Assembly (NCBI GenBank): GCA_026023565.1
Contig: JAPETS010000013.1
Span: 496,001-560,000 of the forward strand
Length of the DNA stretch: 64,000 nucleotides
From: Cirrosporium novae-zelandiae
Lineage: Eukaryota
Reading direction: 5' to 3'
Part shown: in pieces, positions 28,976-41,942 of the stretch
How the letters are laid out: each line of letters starts with the position of its first letter
Numbering within the stretch: the first letter of the stretch is position 1
The notes under the pieces: model-generated
The model's database searches: none
What the model was told of the DNA's origin: nothing
What the model saw: only the letters and a program-made list of their open reading frames with translations
Position numbers and translations under genes: made by a program

Positions 28976-29406
28976 GTACATGCTGGCGAATTGCTTGTAT
29001 GGGGCTCGATTTAATGCGACATGATAATGGGTACACAATGAGAATAAGAGTAGTTTTTGTCGAGTTATAACCCCTAGAATCTAGATCATTATAATCAATG
29101 CTATGGTTTAATCACACCTGGATGGAACACATTTCTCTAACTCTAGCCGTTAAAAGACCAGTTGACATTAAAGTCCCAACCTCTTTTTTTGAATCTTATT
29201 CGCATTAAGCAAGCACTCTATGTATCGTGCGGACTAGAATATGACTAGGTATCAATGCACCCGGGATGAGAACATAGAGAAAATATTAGGGAACGCAGGA
29301 ATCAATACGAAAAAAAAATATTTTGCATAGCAACCGAAGGAACGGCGCTCCGCAATCTTACAACACAAAATCGAGATGCATCTAATGGCTTGCAAGTAAT
29401 GGCGAT

Positions 29407-31614
29407 CTACCTGGAATTGCTTGAAAGACGACCAATAGTAAACACGCCCGCGATAACCACGGCCAACCCAGCGATTGCACCGGGCAAGAGTAAATCATTC
29501 GGAACGCCTGCAATGATTTGTTCTCCGTTTCTTCGGATTTTGTGATGTTTTGTCGGCAGTTCGTCGTCCTCATGTTCTGTTTCCTCGTCATCTTCTTCTC
29601 CTTCACTGGTGAACATCAACTTCCGCCTTCGGCCCTTGAGGACCGCGGCTGAAGGAGCAGCATCCAATGACAGCTTTAGATGAGGGTAGAGTTTAGCAGA
29701 TACGGCAGGCTGTGAGGGATCATGGACAAAGAGATCGACTTTGTCAAGGTGGCTCTGGTGAGCTAGTATAACTGCGTCTACGAGGTCACGGTCAGTAGTG
29801 ATTGAAACCGTGTCACCCTCATTGTCCAAATAGGCCAACCCATATCCGGTTGTGCTGATGATACCATCCTCAACTGTAGTCTCACCACCAACAGCTTCCA
29901 ACTCACTGCCTAATTTCGATGTAACATTGGCGACGAGTTCTTCAAGACCGTCAGAGGCAACTACACGGAGACGGTGAGTTCGGCCACTAGGTGCCTTGAA
30001 CTTGAAGGGGAAGGGCTGATATTCGATTGGAATTGGTACATGTTCAGCCATCTCGGATGGCATGTCATCCGCGCCATTGTGGGAAGCAGAATCGTTAGGA
30101 AGGACGCTGTCATTACGGTCGATGGGATGTCTGGACGAGAGTTCGGGTGACATTACAGATCTATGGCTTGGCGTTACCGGGCGATGATGGCTGTCAGTTG
30201 AAAGCATTGACTCGGTCTCGTGATCCATGGATAGCCAGAATTTGTTCCAGGCAGGTCCTTCGTTTTCGCTAGTAGCCATCGTGTTGATCTACCAATGGTA
30301 AGAAACTGGCCATTGCTGTATAATAAACACCACTTACTTGTTCCAAGGTTGCATATGTTAATTTGAGCACATCAACCATCCCCACGATTTCTCCTGTGTT
30401 ATTCATAACAGGAAGGTTAAGATAGTGTCCATCTGCGCCAATATTTAGCGAATCCTTTACACCTGTTTGAAAGTACGATACTGACCGTGCATTTTTCTAA
30501 GAGCAGCCTGGATGCTCATATCCATTGGCGCAAAGTCAGGGTGAGGGGTCATCACCCGAACCACGCTGCAGTTTGCAGGATCTAGTCCCGGAGCAATGAC
30601 ACGGAGAACGACATCTTTGCTGGTGAATATGCCTGTGATAGATCCTTGATCTTGTACCAATACTGCAGTTGTATGGTTCTCTCTCATCTGAGCAGCAGCT
30701 TCCTTTACTGAAGTTCGGACTGAGACGGTTGTTGGAGGCAAGCCATTGAGAACAGATTCCAAGGTCGGCCCAGACATTTTCTGTCGCAGGGCCTCCACAT
30801 ATTGTATAATTTGTTGTGGCTGACTGGATCCGAGCTCCGACTGTACACCTTCTAAAGCATCATAAAGCTTTCTAGAAGAGCTGTATGCACGTTCAAGTTT
30901 TTCCATCGCTTCGTAGAAACACTTGGTAATATCTAGAACGCCAGATATATCCTGGTTCTCATCCATGACTGGAAGATGCCGGAATCCCTTTCGGACCATG
31001 AGATCCAGTGCATCAGTAGCACTGGTATCAGTCCTTGCACACAAGGGGTTTCTTGTCATGATACTCGCAATGGTTACTTGACTAGCCTTTTGTCCATTCC
31101 CAACTACCCGAAATGCCAGATCCTTTGCTGTAAAAATTCCGGCAATTCGGTCATTGTCATCTGTTACCAACACACAATCTTCGCGTTTAGCTGCCATAAG
31201 CTGCGCGGCTTCAGCGACGGTAGTATTCGGCTTAATCTGAAGGGCTTGGCTAGGCTTAAGAGCAAGTACCGTTCCAGGGGGAGCTTTGCGAGTATTTCTT
31301 GAGCGTGGAGGATTGTGCCGCTTCTTGTTAAGGTCGGCTTCCATCTTCTTCCGGATAGCCTACAAAACGGTTAGATATAACCATTCACATCGGTTCAAGA
31401 CCAAAATCTAGTATGATAGTACCTCATCGCGCTTGGTTTGCTTCTGCCTACTGGCACTCAAGGAAGATGTTCCTACTTCACTCTGCAGCGGTGCCGGTGC
31501 TGGGGGTTCGTGCTTGGGACGAGGGATGTTGGAGGAAGGACTGTCGCCAGGGTTAAATGGTATTTGGCCGCGGCCTCGACTGGGAGTGCCACGGAAGGTG
31601 CCTGTTGTCGACAT
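29407..31614 (-). CDS. CBS-domain and PB1-domain protein with C-terminal TM anchor (Mug70-like)
   Basis: Tandem CBS pairs (GIFTAKDLAFRV, GFRHLPV, GIFTSKDVVLRV), PB1 (FKFKAPSGR..YLDNEGD.V.IT.D.DL), terminal hydrophobic helix; 4 exons. Confidence 0.92.
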
Positions 31615-32356
31615 CTTGAAAAATCTAACCGCTACAGAATTTGATTGAAATATCAGGGCGGTGGACCCTCGATAGATATTGTTATTGTGTTATTGATTGC
31701 TTGGGGGGGAAAGTTTTGGCCGGGCCAACCCTGAGAAGCTTGGATGGGCTGAACTTGGCACGCGGTATTTCCCTAGCTCAGCTAATAGATCCGACCGATA
31801 AGATTAGGGGTTCAATCAGTTAGAGCCCTAGTCAGCACGATAGGATTTGAAAGTTTCAGTTTCACTGAATTAGGTAGTTAGATGCGGGGCTGTATAATCA
31901 TAGAGTAGAGATTTTCATGTTGTCATGGAAAGAAGTTGTTAAAAGATCATTCTCTCCCCTTTTCTCCGTTTTCTTCCCCCACGTAATTAACTAACCGCCG
32001 AGAAATTACGGTAAGTGTCTACTTTAGCAGTGTTAGCACCTGAGCATCAGCCAAATCAGGCGCACGTTCATTGGCATGGGGATTTCCCCAGGTTGAAGAA
32101 GTCAGCTGATTTCACCTTCTAGATAAGATAAGGGCATAGCTCCCCGAAGCCCTGAGAGCATCAGAGCATCCACAACAAATTGTAACTAGCTTCAATTCCC
32201 TCCAGATTTGGACTTTGACATTACGGTTCACAGCCACGGTAACAAGCACCTTGTGATTTCCCTAACATTAATTCCGAGTACGTCTTCACCCAAAATATCA
32301 TGTCATCTTAATTTGCAAAAGGATTATCTCGCTGACTTGTCCAAGAATCAGTCAAA

Positions 32357-32917
32357 ATGGTCAAGAAGAGGGCATCCAAGTACGTTTCGACATCCACCCT
32401 CTCCAAGCACCAAACCAATTACTGCCGAGGAAGTCGAGACTGATCATTATTTCTATAGTGGTCGCAACAAGAAGGGCCGCGGCCATGTAAAGCCGATCCG
32501 ATGCTCCAACTGTGCTCGATGCACACCAAAGGACAAGGCCATCAAGCGGTTTACCATCCGTAACATGGTCGAATCAGCCGCCATTCGTATGCATTGTCTC
32601 CCGGGCCCGTTTCAAATCCACCTCAATCGCTAATAATCGATCTCAGGTGATATCTCCGATGCTTCAGTCTTCCCTGAATACACAGTTCCCAAGATGTACT
32701 TAAAACTGCAATACTGTGTCTCGTGTGCCATCCACGGCAAGATCGTACGGTACGCATGGTTTCCCTCCTACATATCTTGGGATTTTTTTGACAAGGTAAC
32801 AGTGTTCGATCCCGTGAAGGCCGTCGCAATCGCGCACCTCCCCCAAGGATCAGGTACAATAAGGATGGAAAGAAGGTCAACCCAACACAGGCTGCGAAGG
32901 TGGCTGGTGCGGCATAG
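32357..32917 (+). CDS. RPS26: 40S ribosomal protein S26 (eS26), multi-exon, with probable 5'-UTR intron ~32239-32350
   Basis: [64 protein letters not shown]. Confidence 0.97.
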
Positions 32918-33632
32918 AGGATGGATGGTGTGTTTCCTATCAAGATTTGGCGCTTATGAAATATGTGATTGCTTTGAAGGCGAGGACTATGGTGTACCAT
33001 GTTACGTCGCCTCATCTCGACATAGGTCGATGATGCAATGATAAAGACTTGAAAATCAAGCCATGAAAAGCTTTCAGATTTCTGCACAAGTATGCGTACT
33101 CCAGACCTATTCTGTCCTTTCAGGATTGGTTTGAATGTCTTTACATGTCTTCGTGCAGAAGCAGGTAGACCGAATGAACAAATCCAATTACTGACAATAT
33201 ATGTTTCTTAATAACTACAAGATATATACATGTTCGGGTTTGCTAATTTTATGTAGTTCTCTTCAAATGTATGGTTTTGATCGCACAATAACGTTAGCAG
33301 AGTATTCCCAAGGTACAGGAACAATGTATCAATGAACATTAACATATCATTGAGACCATCCCTCCCCCTACAACAACAGGTCATCGATGATAGGACCCCT
33401 AGCCTCCAAATCCGGAGCTTATGTATAAGGACGCTGAAGTCCGATCTCCCCGATGCTTATCTTACCAAGTACCGAGCATTTCGGCTTGACATCTCATGCC
33501 GATCGTTATCCAGCATTCAACCCATAATAAGGTCAATGGCAGCCCACCTCCATCTCCCAGCTAACCTTCCTCTCAAACTTCAAATCAGCAGTAAAAATCC
33601 CAAGCTCTCAGCATTCTATCGATATAATCATA

Positions 33633-34953
33633 ATGTCGACCCCTAAAGCCTGGCAGTGGGATGTCCACTACGACTTCCCCAGAGACCTAAAAGGTTACGG
33701 CGAGAACTCATTTAACCCGCAATGGCCTAACGGAGCGAAGATTGCTCTATCATTTGCGATCAACTACGAGGAGGCAAGCCATCCATCCTATCCTATCCAG
33801 GGCGGTCAAGGATGTGCCTCCTCCGTCTTGAACGGCGATCACCAATCCGAAGTATATAGCATTGTGTTTAGATTAACCACGCTGGCGCGGTGCGAACTAA
33901 AGACACCACTAGAACCGCATATGAGAATCCCCTAACGAGCCATGATTCACAGAAGAGAGAGCTGTGAATGTGGAATCCGAATACGACTACGGCGCCAGAG
34001 CTGGCGCGTGGAGGCTCTTCCGTCTGTTTAACAAGCACAATATAAAATATACCTTGTATGCCGTTGGGAAGGCAATTGAAGAGAATCTGGCGGTTGCCGT
34101 GTCTTCGGTCCAGAATGGACACGATGTGGCATCGCATGCCTACAGGTCAGATCAGCGAATTGGGTATTTTGGGAATTATGGCTGACGCTACAGCAACGAT
34201 AACAAAGGTGGATCGACTATCATGCTATGCCCCCAGAAACAGAAAAGGAATATATCCGTAAGGGAATCGAGGCGATCACCAGGATCTGTGGGAAGCCACC
34301 AAACGGGTGGAATTGTGAGAGGGCTTAGTTGGGTTCGAATAACATGGAATCCAAACTGACTAGCTGAGCCATCAGATGGGAAACTATCACCGCGGTCTCA
34401 AGCCCTAGTTTGAGATGTCTACAAAGAGCTGGACATCTCCCTTCTCTGGGAATCAGACAGCTACGCAGGCACGAGATCCCCCTCCTTATCTTCCACCCCA
34501 AACCACCACCAAACACTAACCCCAGCCCCTCCTCATACAGACGACATCCCATACTAGCTCTCCGTCCCCCCCAAAACTCCCTCCCCGCACCCTTTTAGCA
34601 TGCTCATCCTCCCCTACTCCTACTCCTACTCCTACAACAACTTCAACTTCAAATTCTCCGTCCCCAACCCCACAGACTTCTACGATCACAATCAAGGGTG
34701 CCCTTCGACGTGCCTCTACGAGGAAGGCGGGAGTGGTGGTGGATCCCCCAAGATGATGACCGTGGGGCTGTTTCACTGTCGCGTCATAGTGGCAAGCCGG
34801 CGAGGTTTGCGGCGCTAAGGAGGTTTATGTGGAGTATGTGGAGGAGAAGGAGGGCGTATGTGGGTTGTTGCGACGAGGACGAAGATTGCGGGGTATTAAA
34901 GGGAGAGGTTTCTGTATGAGGAGTTTGGGAAGAGGAGGAAGGCTCATGAGTAA
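33633..34953 (+). pseudogene. Disrupted polysaccharide deacetylase (CE4) gene, PuuE allantoinase / S. pombe Cda1-like family
   Basis: YDFPRDL.GYG..WPNGAKIA.SF.INYEE, ESEYDYG.RAG.WRL.RLF, HDVASHAYRW, SDSYADD.PY, PKMMTVGL.HCR motifs; in-frame stops at 33922, 33943, 34411, 34555, 34897 and several frameshifting insertions in 34690-34870. Confidence 0.85.
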
Positions 34954-35634
34954 ACTAACCCTTAGCGTTCCCATCCAATACATCTCCCCCAAGAAGAAAA
35001 AATATACATTCTAGAGAATAACAAGCTAACTATATACCTACCTAGGTAGGCAATAATCAGATTTTCTAGATCATAGGAATAGCTATATAGCAAACCCATT
35101 TCTCACACTATTAACAACACATCATTGCTTCATAAGGCTATAAAGCTATTGATATTACGTATAGCTAGAGAAGGAATGAGCCGAGTCGAATACCTATATA
35201 TCTGTCCATGAAAATATTCTTTAACTATAAATTCTTCATCATATTACAAACAAAATAAATGGCCTTATCTTCTTACACAAGTGAATCCCATATAAAAAAA
35301 TTTCGAAGAGAGAGAGAAGTTATGCAGGAGCGATAATAATAATACACAAATTTCATCTAATACATTCGAAGCCTTTCTTATAACTTTCAGTTTGATTTTT
35401 TTATCGATCTAATTCTTTAAGCGGCATGCAGACATAATACAATAAATTATCATCATCATCATCAATCTAATTCAGATAACCAATGTGTATCAGGCTGAGG
35501 ACATTAATGCGTGTGTCTTGTTTGGAGAATAGGTATAGTACGCTATCTATACAAACATAAGTCTTCCGTCTAGCATCATTCATAATTCTTATGTTCCTGG
35601 TCTTGTATGTAATGTCGTCTAAGTAACATGGGAT

Positions 35635-36806
35635 TCACTCAGGGGGGACATAGGGCTTCACAAGCATTTCGCTGAATCTGTGTTCAACAGAGTTAGTAGC
35701 CTCTCCTTAGATTAAAACAGAGGGTAAGAAGCATATCATGACTTACTTCTCCAATTTTTCTTTCCCTCTAACCTCGTCTGTTAACTGTGGCACTCTCACC
35801 ACATTAAACTCGTCATACAACTCCTCGATCTGATCTAAATACTTCTTCTGCATCTTCCACCGTGCATTGCACTGCTCACATGGGTTATTTTTTCGAGGAT
35901 ACACTAGCTGGTTCACCACTATGCAATGTGTGTCGATCTCGTAACTTGATAGTTCCTGGATCATGCGTTCTGTTTCGTACAGCGACAGGAACTCCGATAT
36001 GCAGACACAAACGAAAGTCGTGAGATCCGCATTCTTGAACTGCGTGTTCACCTCTCCGATCGTTTCTCTAAGGGATTCCATTTTCGCGAGTACATCGTCG
36101 ATACTCTGGCCATTGGGTAGACCACCACGAGCCCCCACCAGCGAGTTTAACATGGGGCCGAATTGGGTAGAAAGTTGGGAAAGCTTGGCGAGGGCTTTTT
36201 CAAGGACGGTGGGGAATTGGAGGAAGCGGAGAGTATGGCCGGTGGGAGCTGTGTCGAAAACGATGACTTCGTAGGAGAGGGATTTTACTTGTTTAAGAAC
36301 TTCGGCGAAGGACATTGCTTCATCCACACCAGGGATCTAAACGAAAAGCGTATTAGTTAAGCTCGATCAGAGGGGGCTTGCTGGATGTCTGGAGTAGGAG
36401 GATCATTTACGCTGAATGCTAAATCCTGCATCATATTCCCCATCCCACCCATCCCAGCCATAGCATCTTGTGTATCTTCACCTCCCGCCGCAAGCAAATC
36501 CTGAATGCTGCCGTTCGGGTCAATCTCCATAGCACTCAGATTATCAAAGCCATTTACAAGCCGTGCATCTTTTCCAAACTTCTGGTTAAAAGCATCGCTC
36601 AAGTTGTGCGCTGGGTCGGTAGAAATTAGGAGGACAGATTTGCGTGCTTTTGCTAGTTGAATTGCGAGAGAGCAGGATGTTGTTGTTTTACCCACACCAC
36701 CTTTACCGCCAACGAAGATCCAGCGGAGGGTTTTTTGATCAAGAATAGATTGAAGGGTGGGTTCAAGGGGGGCGTCGTCGTCAAGGGAGATGAGGTCGGC
36801 GGACAT
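35635..36806 (-). CDS. GET3: Get3/ArsA-family ATPase for tail-anchored protein insertion, 3 exons
   Basis: [47 protein letters not shown] zinc motif. Confidence 0.97.
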
Positions 36807-37413
36807 GGTTGATCAAATGATGGGTTTTTTTTTATAGAGTTGGAATATCGCTCTAGATGGTTAGAGACTATTAGTAGGATAAATACCTACGACTATAGCC
36901 TTCAAATAGAGGTAATTATGTGAAGAAGAATATGGAATTTTCAAGAACAGGCGTACAGTTTATGGAGTTAACCTTTTGAGGCCAGTTTGCGACGTGCTGG
37001 GATTGGAGTCCTTTCCTCTTATGCTCTGACGTAGTCACGTAGGGGCCAAATCTACAGTATCTACATAATCCAAAACGGGATAGATGACCATATCCTATGG
37101 GACTTGAATTGGGCTTTCTTTATTATATATATATACTACTATGCAATTTGATACAGAGTACTTTGTAGGCCTTGGAACTTAAGAAATTATTCAGTAATTA
37201 ATTATTTTACTATTAGGTTTAATTATAATTTGTAGCTAATCGTCCTGTTCGCCTGACGTGACTGACTGATACCAAAATTAAGCTCATTTAGGGTTTCATG
37301 TTGCATGGAGGGGTTTATTCATTCATCATCATTATCAATCCTTTTAATCTCACCCATCCCTCCAGTCCTCAACCACCAAAGCTTTCTGTCTATCCTTTGC
37401 CTTTCTTCTTACC

Positions 37414-37797
37414 ATGGCTGAAAGGGACATGATTACTTGCCACTGTCTGGACACCACAGCTGGTCGTCCTGCCGCAAACATGCGAGTTTCCCTCACCCTC
37501 CTCCAGCCTTTCGGTCCTTCCGCCTCGTTTACGGCTGTGACGAACACCGATGGTCGGGTCACAAGATGGAATAGACCCGAAGGACCTTCGATTGCCGAGC
37601 TCTTTGAAAACATGAAGGAACATGAAGGAGCAGCAATGACGTGGGCCTTGAAGTTCGATACAGGGAACTATTTTGGAACAGACAAGACATTTTGGCCCGA
37701 GGTGGAGGTTAAATTCTTTGTGAAGCCAACCGAAGCGCATTATCATGTGCCATTGTTATTGAGTCCATGGAGTTATACGACCTATCGAGGATCTTAA
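37414..37797 (+). CDS. 5-hydroxyisourate hydrolase (transthyretin-like protein)
   Basis: ITCHCLDTT.G.PA, TNTDGR, F.PEV.V.F, HYHVPLLLSPWSYTTYRGS terminus; single exon. Confidence 0.95.
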   Translation: MAERDMITCHCLDTTAGRPAANMRVSLTLLQPFGPSASFTAVTNTDGRVTRWNRPEGPSIAELFENMKEHEGAAMTWALKFDTGNYFGTDKTFWPEVEVKFFVKPTEAHYHVPLLLSPWSYTTYRGS

Positions 37798-39917
37798 CTT
37801 CTTAGCCGAAGGAGGCTATTCCTGACTCATTGTGTAGTCGTGTGGTACTATAACCTTGAAGTGAAAGATAGACTTGGATCTATGGCTATGATATGGAATC
37901 AAACCAGTCAATCGACTCGACTCGACTCAAAAGTGTAGTACTTGTATAAGTACATGGCACTTTTATTGAAGAAGGATGAATAAGAAGTTGTCCTCATCGC
38001 GTCAACGCCACTCGGGAGCTGAAATATCGGCCAATCAGGATGCTAACATTACCAAGGATATATGTCTATATCATGTATGGTTATTTCTGGTTTCATATTT
38101 CCTATTCCTATTCCTACCTCTGACTGCCACTACTACTACCAACGTATAAAAACTACATATTTCCCACACAGTAGCAGTAAAAAGTCGAATCAAATATGTA
38201 AGTACACGTCGGCGGGTATGGCGTGGTTCGAGTACTACTACCGTATCGTACATATATGGATAATATATGGATAACAATGGTGCTTGGATCGTGTCTCGAC
38301 TGAAGAGCTAAAGGAGCCTTGGGATTCACGTCATGATTAAAGGCAAATAAAATTGATTGGACAAAGAAGTAAAGAGATTACAAAGCGATTTGAGGAGGTC
38401 CCTAATGCAGCCACGATATGGAGCTGCTTTGTTGTTCATCAGCCAATGAATGATGAGGGAATAAAAAACAAATTAAACCTGGCAATACGCTAATGCAATT
38501 TGTTGTCTTGGCAGGAGGTGAAGATTCTGCGACGCAAAAAGACGTAACCGGTGATCTCATTTTGCTTCGATTCCCCAAGGCCAAACATCCTCACAGCTTC
38601 AATAATTCTGCAGACCATCTTGACAATCTGAACGAGGAAGAATCAGACATCTTTTCTAGACACCAAGGCTAGAAGATTCAGAAACCACAATCATAAAACA
38701 AAACAAGTCGACCTTGATATTTTTGTATTCGCCGCTAGCAAGTTTTGCCTCAATTTACGGCGAATTCCGATTCCATTCATCTGGAGAAGTTCAAGAGGGA
38801 AAGTGAGAGGGAGATAGAGTAGTGAGTGAGAGAGAGGAGAGAGAAAGAGAGAAAAGAACTTTCTTTGGTGGTCCTCTTTTCCTCACCCCCCCTGTGGATA
38901 CGTCACCATCACGGCAAATTCACCTTTCGAACAACGCAACCAGCTCCATTAGGAACAACAACATTTACGCTGGAATAAAACATTCCAATCCTGGAACAAT
39001 TGATCTGAAAAACAAAGTAAGTCTATCCTAATCTTTGTATATGTTGGAGGGACCAAAGAGGAGAATAAATTCAAACCTCCTTGCCACCAAACCGGGCTTT
39101 TGAGAGTCAGAAGTTTTTTCTCGGCATCTCGATCCCTACCCTACTCCCCGAAATCCCGTCATTGGCTAGTGGCCACCGCCAAATCAGACATCCATGACTT
39201 GTTGAGGTCGGTCAGGTTAGAAACAGCAAAACTGCAACCCAGAACCAGATTGTGTTAGTTTATTGATATTTTTTTGGCAAAGAAATATCAATCTTATTCA
39301 CATTTCATATTATCCTGACCCCAAAGATGAGTATAAATAATTATTAACCTCTTTTTTTTCTGAACAATAGTAGGGAGTTTTTCTCGTCATCAAAAAACCT
39401 GCTTTCGAAGTTTAAAGGCCAAGGAAAGGAAAGGTGTGGTTTGGTGATTTGGTGATTTGGTTGTTTAGTGTTCTTCTGGGTCAAAGGTGGATCGAATTCA
39501 GTAGCCCCCCCCCCAAGAGAGTGCCCCCCTCTCAGGAGCGCAGCAGTGGCTCTAAATAAAAGAGACGCCCAGCCCAAACCGCCCAAAGCTACCTCCTCCT
39601 TCGTCATCGGTGTCGTCAGATTTCCCATCCCCCAACTTTTCAATACTGTCGTCCAACTGCCAAACTGTCAAACCCCCATCAAATACCATCATACCATCAT
39701 ACCATCATCGACCTTTGAGGCTGTTTCTATCTCGTTGGAAACAAACTGCATCATCCCGGTTCTTATCAAGACCTTCCAGAAGGTTATTTTCATAATTACT
39801 GCATCATTCACTATACCGCTATCCCTCGCTACTGCCGTATGATCGCTGTTCCTTCCCCAAGCCTTCGGTACCTTTGCTGAGCAATTGCATCAGTGCACCT
39901 TCGCTACCACAATTGTC

Positions 39918-41942
39918 ATGTCTGCCGCCGTCGCACACAGGAACTCACCTAGACTTGGAGGACCTACCTCGACGGCGGTTTCCTCGACCTCTAATACCTC
40001 ATCGCCTATGGATAGTAAGCGTAACTCTTTAATTGCTGAAGGTATGTTGTTGTTACCGTCCGCTCCACCCCCACCCCCCTCGAGCACAAATCCCACTTTC
40101 AATCATCACCTCGACCCCATGCGACTAGAGAGCTTTTTTCATCCCTCACCTCATCGTAGCTCTATCTTTCATCACGATTGATCACAATGGCTAACGTTTT
40201 TATTGCTGTAGATTCCATTAAAAAGTCCTCTCCATTACAACGATCCACAACACTCCCTACCAAACAAGGTGCGTTATTACGCGATGAACCGCGTCAAAAT
40301 TACAGACAGAAGCCATGAGCTGACTATTGGCATAGATTCTCAAGTACAAGAGTCACAAGACGTCAATCACAAATCTGAATCTAACCAGGAGGCATCACAA
40401 TCACTGGCTCCTCCTCCACGACCACCTCCCCAAAACGGCGATACCCCAGACTATTTCTCAGGTAATCACAACGGGAGTCATTTCTCACTTGAACCAAACC
40501 CCTTTGAACGCGAATTTGGCAATCCATCAGCTCCCACTCCAAATCAGTCGAATGAAACCCCGGGAAAATCACTTCTGCCCGGCGTCGCAACACTTACATC
40601 ACCTGCACCGCTATTACCTGGCGCGAGTGCTGGCTTTAACTGGTCAAATTCCCTAAGAGCTGGCCCGTTGAGCCCAGCCATGCTCACTGGGCCAACGACT
40701 ACAGCTGACTATTTCAACGACTTCAGAGCTTTTCCAACACCAAACGAATCATCCCTCCGAACTGGACTCACCCCAGGTGGTGGCGGTTCTATGTTCCCTG
40801 CCCCAAGTCCTAATACTGCTGCTGCGCTGTTCCAACCTCATTTGGGTCCGACTGGTGTCAATACACCTGGAACTATAGATTTTCAGCGGACTGCGAGAGA
40901 ACTCAATACAAGGAAGGACATTTTCAATCAGCAACAGAATACCACGTCTGCACCACATCCCACTGAGCCAAGCGTAGAACAAAGATCACAACCACCAACA
41001 ACTCAAGCAGAGATGTTTGGCCCTCACGACACACACGATGCCGCTTTAACCTTGAGCGGTCTCTATTCGATAGCCCAATCACGGCCTGGGGCGCAAGGAA
41101 ACAATCAGTTCCCAGTATCTGAGCCAACCAATAACCAACCATTATCTCAAACCGCTTCCGCCCAAATGGAACATCAATCACAGGAATCTTCCCCGAACCT
41201 GGCTAAACGCGCCGCCAGGAACGCCAGTCTTGGTGGAAGCATCTCTGGTGTCTCCGCTCAAGGTATAAGCGAAATGAGCAATGATGTTTCCGATAGCGCG
41301 GAGGAACAATCCAGGCCAAACACTCGAGGTAAAGGAAAGAAGACATCAGCATCAAAAAATCCCCAGAGCACGAATACGAGACGTAAAGCTGAGGAAACTC
41401 CCTCCAAAGCGCCTGCGGCAAAGAAAGCGAAAGGAAGCAATCCGAATATAGACCCCAAAATTGAAGCTGGAAGTTCAGACAACGAGGATGATCACGATCT
41501 CAAGCAAGACCATACAAACAATGATGGCAAGAAGATGACCGACGAGGAAAAAAGGAAAAATTTTCTTGAAAGGAATAGGTATGGGTACACGATCCTCGCC
41601 ATTCCAACATCGTACTGACAATTTTCCAGGGTTGCCGCGCTAAAATGTCGTCAACGAAAGAAGCAATGGCTTCAGAACCTTCAGAATAAAGTCGAGCTTT
41701 TCAGTAATGAGAATGATTTATTGACAGCCCAAGTCACACAATTGAGAGAGGAGGTTGTTAACCTCAAGACGTTATTACTGGCACACAAAGACTGTCCAAT
41801 TTCACAAGCTCAAGGCCTTGGGGGTTTAGCTATGGGTACTCTTGCCGGTAGTGAATTTCATCATCCCAATCCACACGGTGCATATGGAATCCCTATGCAA
41901 AATGGAGGTCCAGTAATGGCTCAAGGCATGCAGCGGAGATAA
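39918..41942 (+). CDS. atf1: ATF/CREB bZIP transcription factor Atf1/AtfA, 4 exons
   Basis: LEPNPFE..F (OSA), SLRAGPLSPAML (HRA), FPTPNESSLRTGLTPGGGGSMFP (HRR), bZIP EEKRKNFLERNR/VAALKCRQRKKQWL..LLLAHKDCP. Confidence 0.95.

Noticed and set aside
33922..34413. TGA reassigned to Trp (alternative genetic code)
   Set aside because: TGA is the normal terminator of intact neighbours (OSBP, J-protein, GET3, pac2), and the same gene also has TAG/TAA stops and frameshifts.
38215..38245. GGTTCGA T-loop-like motif suggesting a tRNA (also at ~34332)
   Set aside because: No acceptor stem, D arm or anticodon arm could be folded around it.
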